Shown here piece by piece: positions 29,221 to 38,355 of a stretch of 64,000 bases of DNA; position 1 is the first letter of the stretch, and each line of letters opens with the position of its first letter. A model generated the notes under the pieces. That model did no database searches and was not told the DNA's origin. It was given only the letters and a program-made list of their open reading frames with translations. A program made the position numbers and the translations under genes. The stretch spans positions 587,120-651,119 of the forward strand of contig CAVTIJ010000002.1 in NCBI GenBank assembly GCA_963734885.1, in the 5' to 3' direction. Source of the DNA: an uncultured Bacteroidales bacterium. Its GTDB lineage: Bacteria > Bacteroidota > Bacteroidia > Bacteroidales > VadinHA17.

Positions 29221-30198
29221 TCAGCTAATGATTTTTTCTTGTATGTACCAGTCAAAAGTATCTCTGAGTGTTTCTTCAAGCGGTCGTGGATTGTACCCTA
29301 ACTCTTTTTTTGCTTTTACACTTGAAATATTTTTAGGGGAATTGATCAAAATATTAAGAGACTGATATGTATATAATGGCTCCTTATTTGAAATTGTTGA
29401 GTAAATCTTAAAGAAAGGGCAGGCCAGTTGTGCAAGTGATAGAGGAATTATCCCTGGGATTTTGCAACCTGACATTTCACTTATCATTAATGCCAGATCC
29501 CTAAGGCTACTGTATTTTCCTGAAAGAATATAGTTTTCTCCTTTGCGCCCCGACTCGATTGCCTGTATCGAAGCGGAGACAACGTCACGGACATCCACCC
29601 AGTTGTAACCACCTGACACGATAAAAGGCAATTTATTCTGATAGATTTTGATAAGTGCCCGGCCCAAAAAAGAGTTTCTTTTGTCAAAAGGACCAATCAC
29701 TGCGGTGGGATTTAAAATTACAGCGTTCAGTCCTTCCTTCACGGCATTCATCACTTCCCTTTCACCTTCCGCTTTGGAATACTCGTATATTATTTTCTTT
29801 GCTTCAACCCTTGGTCTGCTTTCGTCAAGCAACATATCCAGAGGATTGGTCTGAAAGGCGTGAATACTGCTAAAGTGTATGAATCTTTTTACTCTATGAT
29901 AATTGGCAGCCCTTAAAATGTTTTTAGTACCGGTAACGTTTGTGTCAAAAATCTGTGCAGGAGATTTATTTCCAATATCGATCTGAGCTGCAAGATGATA
30001 TACAATATCCGTTCCGTCGCACAGGTTATTCAACGATTCAGGTTCAAGCAGATTTCCATGGATAAGTTCAACATCCAGATCTTCCAGATCACCTCTGAAA
30101 TTATGAACCAGCACTTTTACACTGGCTCCCTGTTTTTTCAGTTCCCTTACAAGGCAATTTCCAATATGTCCGCTGGCGCCGGTGACAGCAACTCGCAT
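29221..30198 (-). CDS. NAD(P)-dependent SDR, extended type (3-beta-HSD / dihydroflavonol reductase-like epimerase/dehydratase family)
   Basis: Rossmann motif VTGASGHIGNCLV and catalytic YxxxK (YEYSKAEGE). The start is set at MRVAVTGASG. Confidence 0.8.
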   Translation of the reverse strand: MRVAVTGASGHIGNCLVRELKKQGASVKVLVHNFRGDLEDLDVELIHGNLLEPESLNNLCDGTDIVYHLAAQIDIGNKSPAQIFDTNVTGTKNILRAANYHRVKRFIHFSSIHAFQTNPLDMLLDESRPRVEAKKIIYEYSKAEGEREVMNAVKEGLNAVILNPTAVIGPFDKRNSFLGRALIKIYQNKLPFIVSGGYNWVDVRDVVSASIQAIESGRKGENYILSGKYSSLRDLALMISEMSGCKIPGIIPLSLAQLACPFFKIYSTISNKEPLYTYQSLNILINSPKNISSVKAKKELGYNPRPLEETLRDTFDWYIQEKIIS

Positions 30199-30221
30199 TG
30201 CAAATGATTTAATTCTTTGAC

Positions 30222-30911
30222 TCAACCAATTGTGTTATTCCCTTTCGGCATAAATGATGTATCCATAAAGTATTTTAAAGGATCATCAGGATTGATAAAA
30301 ACATCAACGTGTAGTCTACCGGCCAGAAATGGGGCGGGATCTATTGTATACGGTTTGCTCACAAAATCATATTCAGTATTACTTTTGACATCATTCCATT
30401 TGCATTGTATCAGCCAGGGGTTATTGTCTCCTGCCCTGAATCTTTCATCTCTGCCGATTGTAAATTCTGCCTCTATTTTTCGTCCTGCATTTATCAGTTT
30501 ATTGTTTGATGAATCACTGGCTATCTGCCGGATGAACAGATAAAAACCTAAAAGAAAAAATAGTCCGCCAACAATTGCACCTTTCATATTATATCCAATA
30601 CTATCACCAAAATCAATGGTTTGTGGAACAGACGGGTCATAGAAAATCTTTACCTTTTCTCCATCCCTGACACTGCTCCTTTTAATACCGGAAGTTGTCA
30701 CTGTCGTTCCGTCAGCTGTGTTAAAAGTTACCGTAACATTATAAGTAGAAGCTCCCCGCGAGTGGCTCTGTCTTTTGGAGGTCATTACTGTACTTTCCGT
30801 TGGAATTCCATGATTCTTAAGTTTCATGGATTTGACTATGGAGGGTACTGTTAAAAACAAGAAAATACACCCTACAATAGCCGGTATTAATAAGACTATT
30901 TTTTTGTTCAT
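30222..30911 (-). CDS. DUF3592-like membrane protein (two beta-rich modules separated by a TM helix)
   Basis: 229 aa with the pattern TM - STYNVTVTFNTADGTTVTT...KVKIFYDPSVP - TM - second similar module. It lies 23 nt upstream of the SDR gene. Confidence 0.55.
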   Translation of the reverse strand: MNKKIVLLIPAIVGCIFLFLTVPSIVKSMKLKNHGIPTESTVMTSKRQSHSRGASTYNVTVTFNTADGTTVTTSGIKRSSVRDGEKVKIFYDPSVPQTIDFGDSIGYNMKGAIVGGLFFLLGFYLFIRQIASDSSNNKLINAGRKIEAEFTIGRDERFRAGDNNPWLIQCKWNDVKSNTEYDFVSKPYTIDPAPFLAGRLHVDVFINPDDPLKYFMDTSFMPKGNNTIG

Positions 30912-31075
30912 GGAGTTGGTTTAAATGTTTAAAGGATTTAAATGTTTCTCTCAATTCTGGTTATGCCATCTAAGTTAACCATATTTTTATAAACCACGGA
31001 CAATTGCTTCATTCATTAAACTTATTGAACAAATAAATTGTTAACCTCTTCATAATGAAATGATGATGTCTTCAA

Positions 31076-33757
31076 ATGGCACTTGAAAAATATAAACAGA
31101 AACGAAAGGAATCAAGAACTCCGGAACCATTTGGAGGTAGAAGCAATGATAATGAATTACTGCATTTCACTATTCAAAAACATGCTGCTTCGAGATTGCA
31201 TTATGATTTCCGTCTCGAAATGAAAGGCGTACTTAAAAGCTGGGCAGTACCAAAAGGCCCATCAACCGATCCTGAAATAAAGCGCCTGGCAGTGATGGTT
31301 GAAGATCATCCATATGATTACAGAAATTTTGAAGGAATCATACCTAAAGGAGAATATGGCGGAGGTACCGTTATTGTATGGGATGAAGGAACGTATGAAG
31401 CATCGGGTCTCAAAGGAAAGACAAAGAAAGAGCAGGAAAAATATTTATTACAACGCTTATTCAATGGGGATCTCAAGATTACACTTTATGGGAAAAAGCT
31501 AAAGGGAGATTACGCACTTTTCAGGCTGAAAGACAGTGAAAACAACTGGCTACTGATGAAACATAAAGATGAATTTGCTGATAAAAAGGACATTACCCTT
31601 AAGGATAAATCAGTTCAGTCAGGACAGACAATCGAAAAAGTAAAGTCAACAAGCAAGAATATATATGGTGCTGGAAATGATGAAAACTCGGAAAAAACAG
31701 ATAAAAAGCAAAAAAACCAAACTGTATCCAAGATGCCGGATACTGATATATCTGCTTTTCTAAAAAAAGCAGTCAAAGCAAAAATGCCGGCAAGTATCGA
31801 TCCAATGCTTGCAACACTGGTCGATAATCCTTTCGATGATCCTGAATGGTTGTTTGAGGTAAAGTGGGATGGTTACAGAACTATTATCTTCCTGAACAAA
31901 GGAAATGTAGAACTTCAGTCACGGAACAACAAATCATTCACCAAAAAGTATTTTCCGATAGCAGAATCGTTGAAGAAATGGGATATCAATGCAATCCTCG
32001 ACGGTGAACTTATTGTAAGTAATGATAAAGGAGTTTCAGATTTTAATGCTTTGCAGAACTGGAACAAAGAATCGGATGGTGACCTGAGATTATATGTTTT
32101 TGATTTGTTATGGTACGAAGGCAAAAATCTGATGGACTTGCCATTAGAGCAGCGGCAAGCTATTTTAAAAGATATCTTTATCCCGACCGATGACATAATC
32201 CGATTAAGCGAGGTTTTTCCTTCAAAGGGAAAAGATTTTTTTTATGCAGCCGAAAAGCTTCAACTCGAAGGAATAATTGCCAAGAAAGCAAATAGTACTT
32301 ATAGCCCCGGCAAGCGATCAAAAAGCTGGCTTAAAATAAAGGTTCATAAACGACAGGAAGTTATTATTGGTGGTTACACTCTTAATGAGAGTTCAGGTAA
32401 GCTGATAAGTTCTCTTGTTTTGGGTGTTTATGATAATGGCTCACTTAAATATGTGGGTAAAGTTGGCACTGGATTCACTGATACACTTAAAAAGGACTTG
32501 TTAAAGAAATTCAAACCAATAACCATTGATTCAAGCCCTTTTGATGTTGAGCCGGATGTTAATCAACCATCAAGGTTTAGACAGCCAGGTAAATCGAAGG
32601 TTGTGTGGCTAAAACCTGAAATCATATGTGAAGTAAGCTTTGCTGAGGTAACTGAAGACGGCGTATTCAGACAACCATCGTTTAAAGGTTTAAGAACAGA
32701 CAAAAAGGCAAAAGATGTAGTGAGGGAATCAGAATCACCAACTGCTGCAATCATAGATAAAACCAAAACTGGCAATAAACGCGCCAGGAAATCTCCCGTA
32801 AAATCTCGGCATTCAGAAATGAAAACCTTTCTGGATCCGACTGATGAAACGCAGGTAAAAACGATTAATGGTCATGATCTAAAGTTTACAAATCTTAGCA
32901 AAATCTATTGGCCGGAGGATAATATCACAAAGCGCGATTTGCTTAATTATTACTATAATGTATCAGAATATATAGTTCCATATTTAAAGGACCGTCCTCA
33001 ATCGCTAAACAGATTCCCAAATGGCATTAATGGTCAGAGTTTTTATCAGAAAGATGTAAAAGGGAAGTCCCCCGATTGGGTTAAAACCTTCCCTTACACA
33101 TCGCCCGATGGTGATCACAAGGAATTTCTGGTAGGTGGTGATGAAGCTACCCTTTTGTGGATGGCATCTCTTGGCTGTATTGAAATGAATCCCTGGTTTA
33201 GCCGTATACAATCAGAGGATTATCCCGATTTTTGTATTATCGATCTTGATCCGGATAAGAATACTTTTGACCAGGTGGTTGAAGCAGCTCTCGAGGTAAA
33301 AAAGGTATTGGATATACTGGATGTTCCATCCTATCCCAAGACTTCAGGTTCGACAGGTATGCATATTTACATCCCACTCGGCGCCAAATATACCTACGAC
33401 CAGTCACAAATGTTCGCAAACTTAATTGTAAATATTGTTCATCAGCAGATTCCGGAGTTTACCACCCTTGAACGTATAGTGAAAAAACGTAATGGTAAGA
33501 TGTATCTTGACTTCTTACAGAACAGGCCGGGAGCAACAATTGCAAGTCCTTATTCTGTCAGACCAAAGAAAGGAGCAACTGTCTCAATGCCTTTACACTG
33601 GGAAGAGGTCAGGAAGGGGCTAAAAACTGAAAATTTCACGCTTCGCAATTCAATAGAACGTTTCAACAAAGAGGGAGACCTCTTTAAAGGCGTGCTCGGT
33701 AAAGGAATAAATATGGAAAAAGTCTTGAAAACGGCAGGATCAGCTTTCCAAAAATAA
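31076..33757 (+). CDS. ligD: multidomain ATP-dependent DNA ligase LigD (phosphoesterase - ligase - polymerase/primase)
   Basis: 893 aa. The PE domain has FTIQKHAASRLHYDFRLE. The ligase domain has the adenylation motif EVKWDGYR. The C-terminal Pol domain has NRFPNGINGQSFYQKD and KTSGSTGMHIYIPL. Confidence 0.9.
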   Translation: MALEKYKQKRKESRTPEPFGGRSNDNELLHFTIQKHAASRLHYDFRLEMKGVLKSWAVPKGPSTDPEIKRLAVMVEDHPYDYRNFEGIIPKGEYGGGTVIVWDEGTYEASGLKGKTKKEQEKYLLQRLFNGDLKITLYGKKLKGDYALFRLKDSENNWLLMKHKDEFADKKDITLKDKSVQSGQTIEKVKSTSKNIYGAGNDENSEKTDKKQKNQTVSKMPDTDISAFLKKAVKAKMPASIDPMLATLVDNPFDDPEWLFEVKWDGYRTIIFLNKGNVELQSRNNKSFTKKYFPIAESLKKWDINAILDGELIVSNDKGVSDFNALQNWNKESDGDLRLYVFDLLWYEGKNLMDLPLEQRQAILKDIFIPTDDIIRLSEVFPSKGKDFFYAAEKLQLEGIIAKKANSTYSPGKRSKSWLKIKVHKRQEVIIGGYTLNESSGKLISSLVLGVYDNGSLKYVGKVGTGFTDTLKKDLLKKFKPITIDSSPFDVEPDVNQPSRFRQPGKSKVVWLKPEIICEVSFAEVTEDGVFRQPSFKGLRTDKKAKDVVRESESPTAAIIDKTKTGNKRARKSPVKSRHSEMKTFLDPTDETQVKTINGHDLKFTNLSKIYWPEDNITKRDLLNYYYNVSEYIVPYLKDRPQSLNRFPNGINGQSFYQKDVKGKSPDWVKTFPYTSPDGDHKEFLVGGDEATLLWMASLGCIEMNPWFSRIQSEDYPDFCIIDLDPDKNTFDQVVEAALEVKKVLDILDVPSYPKTSGSTGMHIYIPLGAKYTYDQSQMFANLIVNIVHQQIPEFTTLERIVKKRNGKMYLDFLQNRPGATIASPYSVRPKKGATVSMPLHWEEVRKGLKTENFTLRNSIERFNKEGDLFKGVLGKGINMEKVLKTAGSAFQK

Positions 33758-33779
33758 AGCCCGGTATAGAGCCGGGCTT
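33757..33779. terminator. bidirectional hairpin between convergent ligD and the Gly-rich protein gene
   Basis: aagcccgg-tatagag-ccgggctt is an 8 bp perfect stem that fills the 29 nt gap between the two stop codons. Confidence 0.55.
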
Positions 33780-33786
33780 ATTAGTT

Positions 33787-34272
33787 TTAGTGTCTTCCTC
33801 CACGACCACCGTGGAATCCGCCATGAAATCCTCCTCCTCCATGGAAGCCTCCATAACCTCTGTATATAATAGTTGGACCAAAGCCCCAGCCCCAGCCGTA
33901 ATAAGGCCAGCCGAAACCATATCCGCCATAATAACCTAATCCATCATCCCATCCGTAGGATTGATAATACCGGCTTTGATTTATCGCATCAAAATGAGTC
34001 TTCTCCATATAATTTATTACAGAATCCGATACTCCTTCGTCGCGAAGCTTAGCCAGTTCTCCTGCATTTAGCCCGTAAACTGAATGTGTTTGTCTGATCT
34101 GGCCGATGATATCCCGTGACGATACGCCATCCTTGCTCATCTGAATTACATCAGACACGGGGACCTGTGATTTACTATACGGTTGATATACTACACAGCT
34201 TTGTACTATAAATACCACCGATATGATCATTAATACCCGAAGTACCCGTTTTATATCTACTAGTTTTTTCAT
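33787..34272 (-). CDS. hypothetical lipoprotein with a Gly/Tyr/Trp/His-rich low-complexity C-terminal tail
   Basis: Lipobox VQSC, a duplicated GVSxxxI helical motif, and the tail GWDDGLGYYGGYGFGWPYYGWGWGFG...GGFHGGGGFHGGFHGGRGGRH. Confidence 0.6.
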   Translation of the reverse strand: MKKLVDIKRVLRVLMIISVVFIVQSCVVYQPYSKSQVPVSDVIQMSKDGVSSRDIIGQIRQTHSVYGLNAGELAKLRDEGVSDSVINYMEKTHFDAINQSRYYQSYGWDDGLGYYGGYGFGWPYYGWGWGFGPTIIYRGYGGFHGGGGFHGGFHGGRGGRH

Positions 34273-34484
34273 CTTGAATTCCTCCTCAATCTGTCTTTAA
34301 AAACCTTTTAGTAAATATCTCGCAAAATTTGTGCCTGATTGTTCACAAAATGTGGAAATGTTGTTAATAAAGTGTTAATTAATATGGCACGATTGTACTC
34401 GCTAGTATTGTTTTACATAAATTCTGAGAAAATATTAATATTTAACCTATTTTTATCTGAATTTGTTAATAACAGAAACCTGAG

Positions 34485-35009
34485 ATGAAAAAATATTTAT
34501 TCTTAATAATTATAGTAGTTATGATCTTTAATTCAGCACGAGCCCAAAACAAACCCCTGGTTGTAAATTCGGTTGATCTGAATCGCTATAAAGGACACTG
34601 GTATGAGATTGCCCGGTTGCCAAACTGGTTCGAAAGAAAATTAAAATGTACTTCTGCAACTTATGATCTGCGCGATGATGGAAAAATAACAGTTATAAAC
34701 AAAGGCAATCTCATTTCCGATCCAAAGAAAGTAAACAGTGCAAAAGGAGTTGCCTGGATTCCTGATAAAAATAGTCCTGCCAAGCTGAAGGTACAGTTCT
34801 TCTGGCCATTCTCAGGCGATTACTGGATTATGTACCTGGAAAAAGATTACAAATATGTTCTCGTAGGAGAACCATCCTTTAAATATCTGTGGATACTGGC
34901 AAGAGAAAAGAAAATGGATAATGAAACCTATAATATGCTGTTAAAGAAGGCAGTTGATAACGGATATGATGTAAAGACAATTATCAGGGTGGAACAGGAT
35001 TGTGATTAA
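34485..35009 (+). CDS. blc: bacterial lipocalin (Blc-like)
   Basis: 174 aa with a signal peptide and the lipocalin motif GHWYEIARLPNWFE. Confidence 0.85.
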   Translation: MKKYLFLIIIVVMIFNSARAQNKPLVVNSVDLNRYKGHWYEIARLPNWFERKLKCTSATYDLRDDGKITVINKGNLISDPKKVNSAKGVAWIPDKNSPAKLKVQFFWPFSGDYWIMYLEKDYKYVLVGEPSFKYLWILAREKKMDNETYNMLLKKAVDNGYDVKTIIRVEQDCD

Positions 35010-35029
35010 AACGGACATTTTAAAGGATT

Positions 35030-36601
35030 TCATTTCTCGCCTATCGGCACGTAAACAAGTTCAATCCCGTAATTCTTTCCAAGGTTCCTGCTGTATTTTT
35101 TATCCTTTGCATTATTCCAGTGCTCAAGGATGCCCAGACTTTCTAATCGTGTACCATCCCGCTCAGGATCATACAGGGTTTTGGACGGAGGATTATTTGC
35201 AAGAGCAGCTTCCACAAGATATTTTTCGGTATAAGCAATATCTGAAAGATCAGGCCATTCTGACCTCAAAAAATCAATTCCTACAGCATCAATGGCAACC
35301 CCATCCTGCGATGCAAATAGGCTTGAACACCATCTGTTATTAAATGGTTCCATTTTCCATTTATCCTTTATTAATGGCGGACCATCCTGCGAACGTGCTG
35401 CATAAAAGCCGTCAATCAGAAACAATATCGTTTTCCCTCCTAGATCCTTATGCCCGAGAAAATCTGTAAAAGTCATGTATTTATCCTTCCCCTGAGGATC
35501 CTGGTTAAAATTGTCATGTGCATTATTTCTCCAGTTCTTATCAATGCTTGTTGCACCATAGAAGTTCTTCGCACACAAAGTTACACCCTGACCGATATGT
35601 CCTTTAAGAAGAGCCATATCAATAACATAATCTGCCTCAACTACACATGAAGCCAGTCCGGTTGCCAGTTTTCCATTATCGACAGAATATGGAATGGCAT
35701 TTGCAACATAAGTTGATTTAATCCGCCCATCGCCTCCTTCATTATCAACAAAGTTAACCTCCGGAAAATCTTTATGGCATTTGTTAAAAATATTGTCACA
35801 GATAAAACGGCTGGCATCAAATATTGTAATGTTTTTTTGTGAAACCCCTCCCTCTTTTGTGAGACTCGAAATCAATGCATACACTAATTGAGGACTTGCA
35901 TTAAGACCTGTAGTGTCTGCATGCCGTTTGGTATTGTTCTGATTTATTTTCACAGCTATTTTTTGATTTGAAGCATAACCGGTCTTCTGACTTAACTTTT
36001 CTTCATTGAAATTCCTGAAAAGAGCATCCCACGATTTAGCTTCGGAATTTTTCCCGGTAAGCGATTTCAAAACGTTTGTCAGCATTGCGCTTGCTTCAGT
36101 CTGCGACGTGCTTTTTTCATCCCACCAATATTTATTTGTACCGTCCCATATAGCAACTTTAGGATCAAATACCCATATAACCCGGCCAGGAAAAATTCCG
36201 TGACCGTTTCCAATGGGTGAATTAGATATCATACTATTGATATCAACAGTACCTGCTTTTAAAGTCTCAGTCTTATTTGTCAGGAATAGAAATGCACAGA
36301 ATACCGATATAAATATGAATGAGAAAGCATAAATGAATCTGGCTTTAAGGAAATGTTCCTTAGCTTTCCTCAACGCTAATACAGATCCCGACAGGGAGAG
36401 CAGATATATTACAAAACCCGACATAACAGGAGCGGCAGCTCTCATGCAGGGATAAGCAGCTCTTTGTGGTTTTGGTATTACCCTGATCAGAAACCAGATT
36501 GTTGAGGAGATGCCCAACGCAATGAAGATCAGTTTAGAAATGGCTGATTTTGGAAGATAGTTTTTCAATCTAAGAAAGAACAAATCAATCTTTGCTTTCA
36601 T
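35030..36601 (-). CDS. membrane-anchored DUF362 domain protein
   Basis: 523 aa with N-terminal TM helices and a PKPQRAAYPCMR motif, plus DUF362-like segments IAVKINQNN and LKGHIGQGVTLCAKNFYG. The assignment is from memory of the family. Confidence 0.55.
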   Translation of the reverse strand: MKAKIDLFFLRLKNYLPKSAISKLIFIALGISSTIWFLIRVIPKPQRAAYPCMRAAAPVMSGFVIYLLSLSGSVLALRKAKEHFLKARFIYAFSFIFISVFCAFLFLTNKTETLKAGTVDINSMISNSPIGNGHGIFPGRVIWVFDPKVAIWDGTNKYWWDEKSTSQTEASAMLTNVLKSLTGKNSEAKSWDALFRNFNEEKLSQKTGYASNQKIAVKINQNNTKRHADTTGLNASPQLVYALISSLTKEGGVSQKNITIFDASRFICDNIFNKCHKDFPEVNFVDNEGGDGRIKSTYVANAIPYSVDNGKLATGLASCVVEADYVIDMALLKGHIGQGVTLCAKNFYGATSIDKNWRNNAHDNFNQDPQGKDKYMTFTDFLGHKDLGGKTILFLIDGFYAARSQDGPPLIKDKWKMEPFNNRWCSSLFASQDGVAIDAVGIDFLRSEWPDLSDIAYTEKYLVEAALANNPPSKTLYDPERDGTRLESLGILEHWNNAKDKKYSRNLGKNYGIELVYVPIGEK

Positions 36602-36666
36602 AACAGTTTTTTCAATAAAGATAATCGTGTTTCTCGATTTTCATTATTGTAATCTTAATACAAATT

Positions 36667-36697
36667 ATAAAAAGAGCAATCCGTATTGGATTGCTCT
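36667..36697 (-). terminator. intrinsic terminator after the OMP gene
   Basis: agagcaatcc-gtatt-ggattgctct is a 10 bp perfect stem followed on the minus strand by tttt. Confidence 0.6.
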
Positions 36698-36723
36698 GCA
36701 AAATTTGTAACCTCTGCTTAATG

Positions 36724-37260
36724 CTAAAACTTGAAATTCACTCCGATATTAAGGTATGAGATCCCATAACCGATTTCGGCCATAACGCCAAATTTAGGAG
36801 TGAAATAGTACCTTGCACCCGCAAACCATGCTAACAAAAGACCACTGGATGTTCCTGCAGTACCAAGATAACCGGATTCATATTTAAAACTGTAAATATT
36901 ATATCCGAGTAATAGTCCGGTATATGTATCCAGCTTATTAACAAGAGGATAGTGAAATGCGCCTCTTGCGCCGATTACGATGTTAGTGGTTTTCCAATAG
37001 CCGGCATATGAAGCGGAAGAATATCCAAGATAACCTCCAACTCCGATTGATCCTTTGTCTAAAATCCCATCCTTTACATCTGTTTCAAAAGATACTGATA
37101 AAGCCGGTGTACGGGATGTATAAAAGGCACTGTAATAAGTTGAACCAAATCCGATACCCAGATTGACAACTTTATCTCCCTTTTTAAAAGTAGATTCCTG
37201 AGCCATAAGTTGTGTTAGTGAAAAGACAGCAACGACCAATACAAATAAAAGTTTCTTCAT
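36724..37260 (-). CDS. small outer-membrane beta-barrel protein (OmpW/porin-family like)
   Basis: 178 aa with a signal peptide, alternating hydrophobic beta-strand pattern and a C-terminal F (GVNFKF). Confidence 0.68.
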   Translation of the reverse strand: MKKLLFVLVVAVFSLTQLMAQESTFKKGDKVVNLGIGFGSTYYSAFYTSRTPALSVSFETDVKDGILDKGSIGVGGYLGYSSASYAGYWKTTNIVIGARGAFHYPLVNKLDTYTGLLLGYNIYSFKYESGYLGTAGTSSGLLLAWFAGARYYFTPKFGVMAEIGYGISYLNIGVNFKF

Positions 37261-37510
37261 AGTCTTAATTTTTTAAAGATGAGTTTATTGATTAACAATT
37301 CTTTTAGTAATTTGTTTATCCATGATCAAAGCATTATACCACAGATTTCAAGGCTATCAAATATTAATCATATCTTTTCTGATATACTAAAGCAAAGCTA
37401 AGTTAAACAATTTAGTTTATGAAAAGAAAAATGTTTAACACTTTCTCTGAATGAGAAGCAAATTTTTATGAGAGACTGAATGCAAAAAAATAGAGACAAG
37501 AATCAAAAAC

Positions 37511-38227
37511 CTATTTAATAGCATTAAAAATCAAGAATACACCGGCAGCCAGAGCTGCTCCAATAAATGGTCCTAGAATCGGTACCCAGCAATATTTCCA
37601 ATCACTATCACGCTTACCTGGGATTGGCAGCAGGAAATGAACAATTCTCGGACCAAGATCTCGTGCTGGATTAATCGCATAGCCTGTGGGACCGCCTATC
37701 GAACACCCGAGTCCAAGCACAACTAGTGCAACAGGCAGTGCATTAAGAGCGCCTAATCCTACTTCTGGTTTAGCCATGTAAAGTACAGCAATAGCCAGTA
37801 CAAATGTCCCGATGGCTTCTGTCATAACATTGTACCAGTAGCTGCGTATATTCGGCCCGGTAACAAAAACTGAAAGCTTACTTTCTGCATCTTCAGTGGC
37901 ATCGAAATGCTTTTTATAAGCAAGCCATACAAGAAGAGCACCGAACATTGCCCCTAGCAACTGTGCTGATATGTACATCGGCATAAGATTAAAATCAAAC
38001 TTCTTAGCAAGTACAAGCGCCAGAGTAACAGCCGGGTTTAAATGTGCACCGCTGAAAGGTGCGGCTATTAAAACTCCTGTAAAAACACCGACTGCCCATC
38101 CGAAAGTTATGACAATCCATCCGCTGCTGTTTCCATTGGTTTTACTCAAAACAACATTTGCCACAACTCCTCCTCCAAAAACCAGAATTATTGCGGTACC
38201 GAAAAATTCTGCAAAAAATGCGTTCAT
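37511..38227 (-). CDS. glpF: glycerol uptake facilitator (MIP/aquaporin)
   Basis: 238 aa with two NPA boxes (HLNPAVT, INPARD). Confidence 0.9.
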   Translation of the reverse strand: MNAFFAEFFGTAIILVFGGGVVANVVLSKTNGNSSGWIVITFGWAVGVFTGVLIAAPFSGAHLNPAVTLALVLAKKFDFNLMPMYISAQLLGAMFGALLVWLAYKKHFDATEDAESKLSVFVTGPNIRSYWYNVMTEAIGTFVLAIAVLYMAKPEVGLGALNALPVALVVLGLGCSIGGPTGYAINPARDLGPRIVHFLLPIPGKRDSDWKYCWVPILGPFIGAALAAGVFLIFNAIK

Positions 38228-38280
38228 AATATCTATTGTTTAATTACGTATTTATTTCATGTATTTCTCTACTGATAAGA

Positions 38281-38349
38281 TTTTACCCCCTTTCTCATTT
38301 CCCCCAAGGGGACTGGTACTTCCCCCTTGGGGGAAGGCCGGGAAGGGGC
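38281..38349. repeat. G/C-rich nested-palindrome element, copy j (right end degenerate)
   Basis: Sequence ttttaccccctttctcatttcccccaagggg...cttcccccttgggggaaggccgggaagggg. It lies between the glpK stop and the glpF start. Confidence 0.8.
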
Positions 38350-38355
38350 TTCCTC

